DNA of 63,602 nt, the filler included. It is 4 parts of 4 records of this genome, joined end to end, with 100 filler letters (N's around TTAATTAATTAA, not from the genome) between each part and the next. Parts side by side here need not be neighbours in the genome. Positions count along the whole stretch, not along the records: positions 27,114 to 57,621 come from SRR20825010_828; 3 more parts are not named here. The stretch is one strand, 5' to 3'. Made by a program: the position numbers and the translations under genes. The notes below the pieces were generated by a model. That model did not search any database, was not told the origin of the DNA, and saw only the letters and a program-made list of their open reading frames with translations. This document shows, piece after piece, positions 42,086 through 50,098 of the stretch (positions are counted from its first letter, which is position 1; every line of letters starts with the position of its first letter).

Positions 42086-42676
42086 ATGAACAAAACAAAT
42101 GCAGGGAGAATATTAGTCCTACGCAAACCGACTGCTTTTAATCTGTATCACACCGTAATCGGAACGCTACTTGATAAAGTAGCAAACCTGACCGGAACAC
42201 TGAATTTAAGAAAAGTACAACCAAAAGATAACTCGCTGGTACGGGAGCTGATCCAGCGCATATTGGTTGGTCGGGGGGGTGTCGGGGTAGACAGGCATTA
42301 TTACGACAAAGAACTCAGCGACATTTTTGAAACCTATGAAAAGCCGGGATCTTTTTTCAACGTGCTCACATCTAAGAATACCATCATCGGAACCGTGGGC
42401 ATCTGCCCGTTTCATGATGCCGATCAATTTTCGAATAGTTGCGAAATCAAGAAACTTTATATCACCTCCGGATTCAGCAATCAGGGACACGAAAATATCA
42501 TGCTGCAAGCGGCTAAGTCTAAAGCATGGAATTTCGGCTATAACTCCTGTGTCATTTTCATTGAAAACAGGGAACTCGAGCTTATGAAGATCCTTGTGAC
42601 AGAAGGATTTGAAATAGCAAAGATCGATAAGGGAAAAATGGGCATCTGCCAGCTCGTCTATTTTTTTAATAAATAA
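42086..42676 (+). CDS. GNAT-fold protein (YjgM-like), degenerate acetyl-CoA motif
   Basis: 'LRKVQPKDN..V.ELI..IL', 'D.ELSDIFETYEKPGS', 'IIGTVGI.P', 'CEIKKLYI', 'GY..C', 'GF'; motif A reads SNQGHE. Confidence 0.72.
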   Translation: MNKTNAGRILVLRKPTAFNLYHTVIGTLLDKVANLTGTLNLRKVQPKDNSLVRELIQRILVGRGGVGVDRHYYDKELSDIFETYEKPGSFFNVLTSKNTIIGTVGICPFHDADQFSNSCEIKKLYITSGFSNQGHENIMLQAAKSKAWNFGYNSCVIFIENRELELMKILVTEGFEIAKIDKGKMGICQLVYFFNK

Positions 42677-42694
42677 GTAGGCTCTGCAAGAACT

Positions 42695-42751
42695 ACCGGC
42701 CCGTTGGCCCGTCCTGACTAGCTGTGGATTGTGTGAGCGGGTCGGTTTTTT
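42695..42751 (+). terminator. Long-loop GC hairpin with T6 between convergent GNAT and Panacea genes
   Basis: ACCGGCCCGTT (42695-42705) pairs with AGCGGGTCGGT (42736-42746), two G-U pairs, 30-nt loop, then T-tract. Confidence 0.45.
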
Positions 42752-42845
42752 GCTTAGTACTACGAACGACCCAATGCGATCCAGTGGCTGTGTACGACTG
42801 GCCGTACGCCTACCATGACAATTCGGAAGGACGGGTAAATCACCC

Positions 42846-43340
42846 TTAGCTCGCTACGGAAATAGGGTCATCCATGTCCCAAAAATCGGGATTGGATACG
42901 TGGATTAAACTATAATGGTTCTTGATCATGCGATCTTCGATGATCACATCCCGGGCACTCACATGATCCACTCTATCCCATGGGGTATCTTCTGCCGTGC
43001 ACAAGGAGAGCATTTCCATTTCATTGAGGTGGCAGTATTTTGCCCAAATACCATCTAAAAACTCTTTATCCGATTCTCTGATATGATGTAATACGTTCTC
43101 ATCAACCGTCAGACGTATATCGGATTTTATCTTGCCGTAGAACTTATGAACCGACTCGATAACCGGCCCATGTCTCCAGGCTTTGACTTTTTCTGAAATC
43201 AGGGGCATCCCGGCTATGGCCAGATTCCATCCATGAGCAAAATATACCAAAAATTCGGCTTGATGGGCGCTAATCGGGACTTGTGCCTCTGATCCCTTCC
43301 GCACAAAGTAATGTGAGAGTGTTAGTGGGTTGTACAACAT
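42846..43340 (-). CDS. Panacea / SocA (DUF4065) domain protein, divergent, no co-oriented toxin
   Basis: 'LVYFAHGWNLA...PLI.E...AWRHGPVI.SV', 'FLDGIWAKY', 'DTPW', 'IEDRMIKNHY'; start set at ATG 43340 (MLYNPL) because a -7 element overlaps the track's TTG start. Confidence 0.82.
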   Translation of the reverse strand: MLYNPLTLSHYFVRKGSEAQVPISAHQAEFLVYFAHGWNLAIAGMPLISEKVKAWRHGPVIESVHKFYGKIKSDIRLTVDENVLHHIRESDKEFLDGIWAKYCHLNEMEMLSLCTAEDTPWDRVDHVSARDVIIEDRMIKNHYSLIHVSNPDFWDMDDPISVAS

Positions 43341-43364
43341 TTTATTATCTATAACTGGTCTTAT

Positions 43365-43411
43365 CAAATATACTTAATCCTATTTTGCATTTTGGAAGAT
43401 TTAGATGAACA
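43365..43411 (-). promoter_or_regulatory. -7 element plus single regulator box upstream of the Panacea gene
   Basis: Minus strand TGTTCATCT (43411-43403), 30-nt gap, TATATTTG (43372-43365). Confidence 0.55.
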
Positions 43412-43477
43412 AATAAAATGCTTGGTTGAACGTGGCAGAAAGTCCTTTGAACAAAGAAATCGCAAGAGCCTGTAGCC

Positions 43478-43507
43478 GCTTTTGGCTAATGGCTCTTGGC
43501 CTTTAGC
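43478..43507 (+). repeat. Degenerate 7-bp tandem array, copy 3
   Basis: GCTTTTG GCTAATG GCTCTTG GCCTTTA GC. Confidence 0.75.
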
Positions 43508-43541
43508 AGGGATTTGGTTGATCAGCCACTTCTAAAACAAC

Positions 43542-43575
43542 AAGAATCTTCACTCGAAATAGAGTGAAGATTCTT
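43542..43575 (-). terminator. Perfect 14-bp hairpin, probable terminator of the OMP gene
   Basis: AAGAATCTTCACTC-GAAATA-GAGTGAAGATTCTT, followed on the minus strand by GTTGTTTT. Confidence 0.65.
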
Positions 43576-43603
43576 CGAATGCCATTCAAATACCCGCGCA
43601 CCC

Positions 43604-43631
43604 GCCAAAGGCTGAAGGCTGAAGGCTGAAG
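43604..43631 (-). repeat. 7-bp tandem array, opposite orientation to copies 1-3
   Basis: GCCAAAG (GCTGAAG)x3 on the + strand. Confidence 0.75.
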
Positions 43632-43646
43632 GTAGTAGCTCGAAAC

Positions 43647-44186
43647 TTAAAGCTGGCCTCTTACCCCGACGGACATCAAAAACCCATTTGAATATATTGG
43701 CTTGCCGACCACTTTATCTGCCGTAGCTCCGGTACCAACCCCGCCGCATTCAAGAAAATAATTGACGTATGGGTTCATGAAAAATTCGAAACCAAAAATG
43801 CCATACCCTCCAATTTCTGAACTGGTACTTGAAAAATCCGATGAGGGTAGCAGCAGGATCACTCCACCTTCTCCATATAAACGGATTCGGTTGGCAATTT
43901 GCCCCGCTACACTGGTGACGCCCAGTGAAACATTGGAGTAGGAGGTCCAGGTCATTTCGCTCTTAGTGTTGAGATGTTCGTTCCACATCAGATTTCCCTT
44001 AAGCCGAACGGCTATTGCTTTATGGGCAAAATAAGGGCTGGTCAGGTTGAGACCAAGGCCAAAGTCATTTTGAAACTGGTTTAATTGAAAACCAAACCCG
44101 AATTGGTTACCAATCTGTTTTTCTTGGGCTAGCGAGCTGATCGTAAAAGTCAGACCAAGAGAGAGTACTAATACTAACCTTTTCAT
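43647..44186 (-). CDS. Small outer-membrane beta-barrel-like protein
   Basis: Signal peptide ending SLA-Q; alternating Gly/aromatic amphipathic strands ('FGFGFQL', 'LYGEGG', 'GYGIFGFEFF', 'MSVGVRGQL'). Confidence 0.7.
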   Translation of the reverse strand: MKRLVLVLSLGLTFTISSLAQEKQIGNQFGFGFQLNQFQNDFGLGLNLTSPYFAHKAIAVRLKGNLMWNEHLNTKSEMTWTSYSNVSLGVTSVAGQIANRIRLYGEGGVILLLPSSDFSSTSSEIGGYGIFGFEFFMNPYVNYFLECGGVGTGATADKVVGKPIYSNGFLMSVGVRGQL

Positions 44187-44256
44187 AAGAAGTGAGTTTT
44201 ATTTTTTGAATTCACGGCAATGCGCTTCTGCTTTTGTGATTGCCGACTTGATGTTG

Positions 44257-44315
44257 TAAAACTAGAATAATAGCAACATTCACCCGCAACGAATCAGGTG
44301 TACAAGTGGTAAACC
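44257..44315 (-). promoter_or_regulatory. Two 11-bp-phased boxes plus -7-like element upstream of the OMP gene
   Basis: Minus strand GGTTTACCA (44315-44307), TGTACACCT (44304-44296), 31-nt gap, TAGTTTTA (44264-44257). Confidence 0.68.
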
Positions 44316-44421
44316 TGTTGAAGATTTTGATAACTATTTTCCTGCTTCTCCTACTTGGGCAGGCCCTATCTGCCTTCAAGATTCATAATTCTAAAATCAC
44401 CAATCTAAAATTCCACACTCC

Positions 44422-44486
44422 GCTCCCTAGCCCCGATAGAGGCGGTAGCGCCCGAAGCATGAGGGACTAAAGCCGATAGCGGGAGC
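44422..44486. repeat. GC-rich structured intergenic element (REP/ncRNA-like)
   Basis: Closed by GCTCCC...GGGAGC, with internal repeat CCGATAG twice. Confidence 0.4.
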
Positions 44487-44612
44487 ACTTCCGGCGATCG
44501 GCACTATTCGTTCGCTCCTAAAAATCTTTAATCGTGTCGATGCTACCTCCGATTTCATTTCTATATACCTTCGCGTTTCGAATTTTCGACAACACATTTA
44601 AACTTCGACAAC

Positions 44613-45699
44613 ATGACATCAGATCAGTTGAAAGACTTGAAGGCCCGAGTATCGGCCTTGGGGAGGTATCTTTGACTATGCTCGTAAGAAAAAAGAGATA
44701 GAAGAAGAGGAGCTGGTAACAGTTCAGCCGGATTTTTGGAATGATGCCGAAAAGGCAGAAGCCGTATTAAAGACAATCCGAGGAAAAAAGGCCTGGACAA
44801 ACGACTATGAGGAGGTAGAAGCTGCTGTAGGGGAGGCCGAAACATTACAGGAATTTTTGGATGAGGGCGAAGGCTCGGAAGCTGAGGTAAACGCGGCTTA
44901 CAAAATCGCATTGGACCTGGTGGAAGCACTGGAGATGAAAAAAATGCTCTCTGGCGAGGAAGACCAACTCTCAGCCATGCTGCAGATAACACCGGGAGCC
45001 GGTGGCACGGAAAGTAACGACTGGGCGGGCATCCTTATGCGGATGTACATCATGTTTGGTGAAGCGCAAGGCTACAAGGTTCGTGAAGTGGATTATCAGC
45101 CGGGCGATGTGGCCGGGGTAAAATCCGTGACATTGGAGTTTGACGGTCCGATGGCTTATGGTTTCCTGAAATCGGAAAACGGCGTTCACCGATTGGTGCG
45201 TATTTCTCCTTTCGACAGTGGTGGCCGACGACATACATCGTTTGCTTCGGTATATGTATATCCGGTGGTGGACGACACCATCGAAATTGATATTCATCCG
45301 AATGACATAGAAATGCAAACATCACGAAGTGGTGGAGCGGGTGGCCAGAACGTAAACAAGGTGGAAACCAAGGTGCAGCTGACTCACAAGCCCACAGGGA
45401 TTGTGGTGGTTTGCTCTACGGACCGCTCGCAGCTAGGCAACCGGGAACGCGCCATGCAGATGCTAAAGTCTCAACTCTATCAGATTGAGGTGGAGAAACG
45501 CAACTCAGAGCGCGACGCTGTGGAAGCAGGAAAGATGAAAATCGATTTTGGTTCGCAGATCCGAAACTATGTATTGCATCCGTATAAGCTAATCAAAGAC
45601 GCCAGAACGGGACATGAACGCACAGACGTTCAGAACGTGCTGGATGGTGATTTGATGGATTATATCAAGGTATTCCTGCTGCGTCAGCAGGAGAAATAA
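44613..45699 (+). CDS. prfB: Peptide chain release factor 2, with programmed +1 frameshift
   Basis: ATG 44613 [20 protein letters not shown], then CTT-TGA-C (44670-44676) preceded by GGGAGG; +1 frame DYARKK... continues into the ORF with SPF and GGQ motifs (361 aa total). Confidence 0.98.
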
Positions 45700-45705
45700 A
45701 ACGTA

Positions 45706-46857
45706 ATGCTTAAAACGTACACTAGGAACTTCTGGCTTTTGTCCATTAGTTCCTATTTGTTTTTCTCCTCGTTCACGATGATCATTGCGGAGCTGCCGGA
45801 CTATCTGAGCAGGCTTGGTGGTGAACAATACATTGGATTAATCGTGGCGTTGTTCACGTTAACAGCCGGGCTTTCGCGTCCCTTTAGCGGCAAGCTCACG
45901 GATCGATGGGGGAGAATTCCTGTCATGATCATTGGAGCTATTGCCAGTGCGATTGCAGGCTTGCTGTATCCATTGCTGGCTACAGTTTCAGGGTTTCTCT
46001 TTATCCGCTTGTTGCATGGTTTTTCTACAGGTTTCAAACCGACGGGAACATCCGCTTATGTGGCGGATATCGTGCCAGCTAACAGGCGCGGTGAAGCCTT
46101 AGGCATCAGTAGCTTCTTTGGGACGATCGGTATGGCTTCAGGCCCTGTGATCGGGTCAACTATCTATCTATATTACGGCATCAACACCCTGTTTTATTGC
46201 AGTACAGTCTTTGCCATTGGCTCCATATTGATTCTGATCGGGATGAAAGAAACCCTGAAAGAGCCTGAGAAGTTTAGTTTCTCACTTCTGAAAATCAATC
46301 GATCGGACATTTACGAACCGTCGGTCATCCAGCCAGCCATCGTGATGGTGCTTACTACCCTTTGTTTCGGAACAGTGATTACACTGGCTCCCGATTTCAG
46401 CAGTTACGTTGGCATTGAAAACAAAGGCATTTTTTATTCTTTCTTTACTGGATCCTCCCTGCTGGTGAGGATTGTGGGGGGAAGAATCTCGGATAGATTT
46501 GGTCGCAAATCGGTCTTATATTTCAGCACGAGTTTTATGTTTCTGAGCATGTTGGTCATCGGTTTTTCACAAAGTCCTACTCAGTTTTTACTTGGGGCAT
46601 TCTTATTCGGCCTTGGCTATGGATTGAATTCTCCAGCGCTCTTTGCCTGGACGATAGACCTGAGCCCCGAAAAGACCAGAGGTCGGGGTGTGTCTACCCT
46701 GTTTATTTTTCTGGAAGTGGGAATTGGATTGGGGGCGCTAGTCGCCGGAACAGCTTATCAGGGAATGGATGATCGCTTCCCGATGATCTTCGGTGTGGCT
46801 GGTTTTTTCTCGTTAATAGCATTATTTTACTTGCTGTTTTTGACGAAGAAAAAATGA
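45706..46857 (+). CDS. MFS transporter
   Basis: About 12 TMs, motif A 'GKLTDRWGR' and 'GRISDRFGRK'. Confidence 0.92.
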   Translation: MLKTYTRNFWLLSISSYLFFSSFTMIIAELPDYLSRLGGEQYIGLIVALFTLTAGLSRPFSGKLTDRWGRIPVMIIGAIASAIAGLLYPLLATVSGFLFIRLLHGFSTGFKPTGTSAYVADIVPANRRGEALGISSFFGTIGMASGPVIGSTIYLYYGINTLFYCSTVFAIGSILILIGMKETLKEPEKFSFSLLKINRSDIYEPSVIQPAIVMVLTTLCFGTVITLAPDFSSYVGIENKGIFYSFFTGSSLLVRIVGGRISDRFGRKSVLYFSTSFMFLSMLVIGFSQSPTQFLLGAFLFGLGYGLNSPALFAWTIDLSPEKTRGRGVSTLFIFLEVGIGLGALVAGTAYQGMDDRFPMIFGVAGFFSLIALFYLLFLTKKK

Positions 46858-47510
46858 TCCGAATCATCACCATTCTTTATTTCGCGGTTGGTGTCCTAAA
46901 CCTACTCTCTAACCTTTTTGGCTGGAGCGAACTGGGTATGTTCACTAAGCCATTACTCATGCCCCTGCTTATTTACTTTGTTTTCTTGTATTCCAAAGGA
47001 GTCATCACTTTGCCTCGATTATTAACAGCAGGTGCATTATTATTTTCCTGGATTGGTGATGTGGTGCTCCTATTTCAGGATGAACAAATCTATTTTCTCT
47101 GTGGATTGGGTGCGTTTCTGATTGCGCAGTTGATTTATGCAATGGCGCTGAACAAGGCTAGTTTTAAGAAGCTGGAGTTTGATACCAAGGCACTGCTCCC
47201 ACTCTTTCTTTATGGGGCGTTGCTGTTGTTTGCGCTGGTGAAAAATGCTGGGGAGCTGGCTATTCCGGTTTTTATCTACGGTCTTTGCATCCTTTCTATG
47301 CTGAGTGCTGCACGGCTGAGAAGATGGGGCACGAATACAGAAAGTTATAAACTGGGTTTTATCGGGGCGTTTCTCTTTGTGATCTCCGATTCTATTCTGG
47401 GGCTGAACAAGTTCGTATTTGAAATTCCATTCGCCGGCTTTCTGATTATGGGCACTTACATTGTAGCGCAGTATTATCTGGTGAAGGGGCTATTAAGCCA
47501 TCCGGCTTAA
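46854..47510 (+). CDS. YhhN / lysoplasmalogenase family membrane protein
   Basis: 'TKPLLMPLL', 'LLFSWIGDVVL', 'GLGAFLIAQ', 'LFVISDSILG', 'MGTYIVAQ'. Confidence 0.9.
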   Translation: MIRIITILYFAVGVLNLLSNLFGWSELGMFTKPLLMPLLIYFVFLYSKGVITLPRLLTAGALLFSWIGDVVLLFQDEQIYFLCGLGAFLIAQLIYAMALNKASFKKLEFDTKALLPLFLYGALLLFALVKNAGELAIPVFIYGLCILSMLSAARLRRWGTNTESYKLGFIGAFLFVISDSILGLNKFVFEIPFAGFLIMGTYIVAQYYLVKGLLSHPA

Positions 47511-47516
47511 TAGGAG

Positions 47517-47777
47517 TTAATCATAAATATCCTTTCTGTGACCTAATTTCCGGATATCAACAATTCGTATTTCATCATCAATGGCATAGATGATCCTGTA
47601 GTCGTCAACCCGTAACCTCCAATTTGAGGAAATTCCTTTGAGCTTCTTCGCTCCTTGTGGTCTTGGATCATCAGATAACTTCTTTATCGCAGTTATCAAA
47701 CGATTATTGATTGTTCTGGGCAGGTGTTGTAATTCCTTTACCGCGGATTTGCCGACAACAATTTCATATTGTCTCGT
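47517..47777 (-). CDS. RelE/ParE-family toxin; full-length frame begins at ACG
   Basis: (T)RQYEIVVGKSAVKELQHLP...I..L.DDPRPQGAKKLKG...WRLRVDDYRIIYAIDD...LGHRKDIY (86 aa). Confidence 0.85.
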   Translation of the reverse strand, partial: TRQYEIVVGKSAVKELQHLPRTINNRLITAIKKLSDDPRPQGAKKLKGISSNWRLRVDDYRIIYAIDDEIRIVDIRKLGHRKDIYD

Positions 47778-47967
47778 CTAGCCTATCGCGACTTTTAAGA
47801 TCCTTAATCACATCCGACAATGGGACTTTTTCTTCCTCTTTTCTCAATTCAGAAACTAAGCTGTCATAAAAATCCTCCCACAATTCCCCATGCTCGTTTA
47901 AGTCGATCTGCACCGCCACTTTTTTATTCTTATCGTCAGTTAAATAGTTGATACCTTTCATACCCAT
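47764..47967 (-). CDS. Putative cognate antitoxin
   Basis: 67 aa, acidic ('ELWEDFYDSL...EEEKVPLSDV'), upstream of and overlapping the RelE-like gene. Confidence 0.75.
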   Translation of the reverse strand: MGMKGINYLTDDKNKKVAVQIDLNEHGELWEDFYDSLVSELRKEEEKVPLSDVIKDLKSRDRLDETI

Positions 47968-48027
47968 TGTATTTATCTCAATAAAAATAGTTGATTTTAA
48001 GTAATCTTAACGGCTATGATGTGAATC

Positions 48028-48921
48028 TTAATCCGCAAAGTGGAAAGCGACATTGCCCATGGCAACATCCAGATCGAAGGTGAGCAGGTTGGGTGCAGAT
48101 GCGGAGTAGCCCATGTTTACGAAAACGTTTTTCTCAACCTGTTCAAACCCCGGCACCAATTTCATTCCACAAAGTGGAGAATCTTTTACATGGATAATGA
48201 TGGGAACGTTGCTCTTAGGGATATAGACATCCAGGTTTCCAGCCCCTACGGTTGCTTTTATATTGCACTTTTTGGTAGATGATTTACTGAAGTCCAATAA
48301 TGCCCTACCAAAACCAATGTTGGCTATCACATTGTTGGCATTGGCACAATCAATGTTTTTTGCTACCAATGAACCCATATCTACTTTCACAAGAAAGGTG
48401 TCCATTACGATGCTGTTTGGCACGCGTGAGCTATAATCTACCACCACATCGGCACTTCCTGATCGGATTTTAACATCTTTCACTATGGTTCCACTCAAGT
48501 CTACATCGGCATTGCCAAAGCCATAATTTAGATCGAGCCTATACACCTTCTCATCATCAAAAAGGATTTTCCAATAGTTGTTCTCTGCTATAGCCCCACC
48601 GCCTAGCATGGCAAAGAAAATACCGTCGCTCAGACTGGTAGATTTAAACTCTTGTAAGGCCAAATTAACGCGGCAGGTATTGTTGCTGACGTTCGCTTTG
48701 AAGGAGGGATTTACCTTATCGAGATCCGGATTTCCGTAGATGTTGAGTGGGCCGGCTTCCGAGTGCGAGGTTTTGATAAGGCAATTACCAGATGAAGCTT
48801 CTAGTGAGAAATCCACGGTATCATAGCCCACGCATCCCTTTAGAGAGTAAAACTTCTTTAATTGCCCGTAACTGACTGATACTAAAAGGCCTAACGCCAC
48901 TGTGAAAACCAACCGCAACAT
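48028..48921 (-). CDS. Hypothetical secreted protein with beta-solenoid-like C-half
   Basis: Signal peptide (MLRLVF...SYG-Q); repeats 'L.YGFGNA.VDLS', 'V.MGSL', 'VGAGNL.V.IP'. Confidence 0.65.
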   Translation of the reverse strand: MLRLVFTVALGLLVSVSYGQLKKFYSLKGCVGYDTVDFSLEASSGNCLIKTSHSEAGPLNIYGNPDLDKVNPSFKANVSNNTCRVNLALQEFKSTSLSDGIFFAMLGGGAIAENNYWKILFDDEKVYRLDLNYGFGNADVDLSGTIVKDVKIRSGSADVVVDYSSRVPNSIVMDTFLVKVDMGSLVAKNIDCANANNVIANIGFGRALLDFSKSSTKKCNIKATVGAGNLDVYIPKSNVPIIIHVKDSPLCGMKLVPGFEQVEKNVFVNMGYSASAPNLLTFDLDVAMGNVAFHFAD

Positions 48922-48966
48922 GAATCTTAGTACGGAAACATCCCAAGGAGGTTGCAATATCTGCTC

Positions 48967-50097
48967 TTATGCTCCGAAGAATTCCTTCATGTTTTCGAAG
49001 AAACCCTTCTCACCCTTCGACGGACTGGGCTCAAAGTTCTTTGAATCCCGTAGAGTCTCAAGTGTCTCTTTTTCTTCCTTGGTGAGTGACTTAGGTGTCC
49101 ATACGTTTACGTGAATTAACTGATCTCCTGTAGAATAGCCTTCTATTTCTTTGATCCCTTTTCCTCGCAGGCGCAAGATTTTACCGCTTTGCGTACCTGG
49201 TTCGATTTTTATTTTGACTTTTCCTTCAATGGTAGGCACTTCGATGGATGCTCCCATAGCAGCGTCTAAAAAGCTAACGTACATTTCGTAAACCACATTG
49301 TTTCCGTCGCGTCGGAGCGTTTCATCTTCCTGCTCTTCAATCAGGATCAGCAAGTCGCCCGGTACTCCACCAGCCACTTCATTTCCTTTTCCCGACATAG
49401 AAAGCTGCATGCCTTCCGCAACTCCTGCAGGGATTTTGATAGAAATAACCTCTTCTGTACGTTTCATTCCTGTGCCGTCTGTTCCCGGCTCTCGGTAATC
49501 CACTTGCTGACCAGCTCCTCCACAAGCAGGACAAGTAGACGTTGACATCATTTGTCCCAGCATGGTATTCACCACCTTACGCACCTGCCCAGTACCCTGA
49601 CAGCTCGTACAGTTCTTGAAGGTCGTTTTCGGGTCAACAATCAGTCTGTTGACTTTTATCTTTTTCTCAACTCCCGCCGCTATTTCCTGTAGGGTCAGTT
49701 TGAGCTTTATTCTAAGGTTGGTGCCTTTTCGGGTTCTTCTGCCACCACGGCCACCTCCTCCTCCAAAGAAACTATCAAATGGGCTTCCACCTCCTCCGCC
49801 GAAGATATCTCCAAATTGAGAGAAGATGTCGTCCATATTCATACCGCCGGCATGTCCGCCACCACCAGCTCCACCAACTCCCTTATGACCAAAACGATCA
49901 TAGCGCTGACGTTTTTCGTCGTTGCTTAGGATTTCGTAAGCCTCAGCGGCTTCCTTAAACATATCTTCCGCCTCCTTGTTGTCCGGATTTTTGTCCGGAT
50001 GATATTTGATGGCAATCTTTCGATAAGCCTTTTTTATCTCATCCTTGCTGGAAGATTTGTCAACCCCTAGTATGTCGTAATAGTCTCGCTTAGCCAT
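48967..50097 (-). CDS. dnaJ: Chaperone DnaJ
   Basis: J-domain with HPD, G/F-rich region, two CxxCxGxG motifs, C-terminal domain. Confidence 0.97.
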   Translation of the reverse strand: MAKRDYYDILGVDKSSSKDEIKKAYRKIAIKYHPDKNPDNKEAEDMFKEAAEAYEILSNDEKRQRYDRFGHKGVGGAGGGGHAGGMNMDDIFSQFGDIFGGGGGSPFDSFFGGGGGRGGRRTRKGTNLRIKLKLTLQEIAAGVEKKIKVNRLIVDPKTTFKNCTSCQGTGQVRKVVNTMLGQMMSTSTCPACGGAGQQVDYREPGTDGTGMKRTEEVISIKIPAGVAEGMQLSMSGKGNEVAGGVPGDLLILIEEQEDETLRRDGNNVVYEMYVSFLDAAMGASIEVPTIEGKVKIKIEPGTQSGKILRLRGKGIKEIEGYSTGDQLIHVNVWTPKSLTKEEKETLETLRDSKNFEPSPSKGEKGFFENMKEFFGA

Positions 50098-50098
50098 A

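Noticed and set aside
41959-42141. 60-aa ORF with repeated 'LLFT' units
   Set aside because: The periodicity is a by-product of the DNA boxes; it overlaps the promoter and the GNAT start.
39878-44486. Possible CRISPR array among the intergenic repeats
   Set aside because: No constant repeat with regular unique spacers, and no cas genes.
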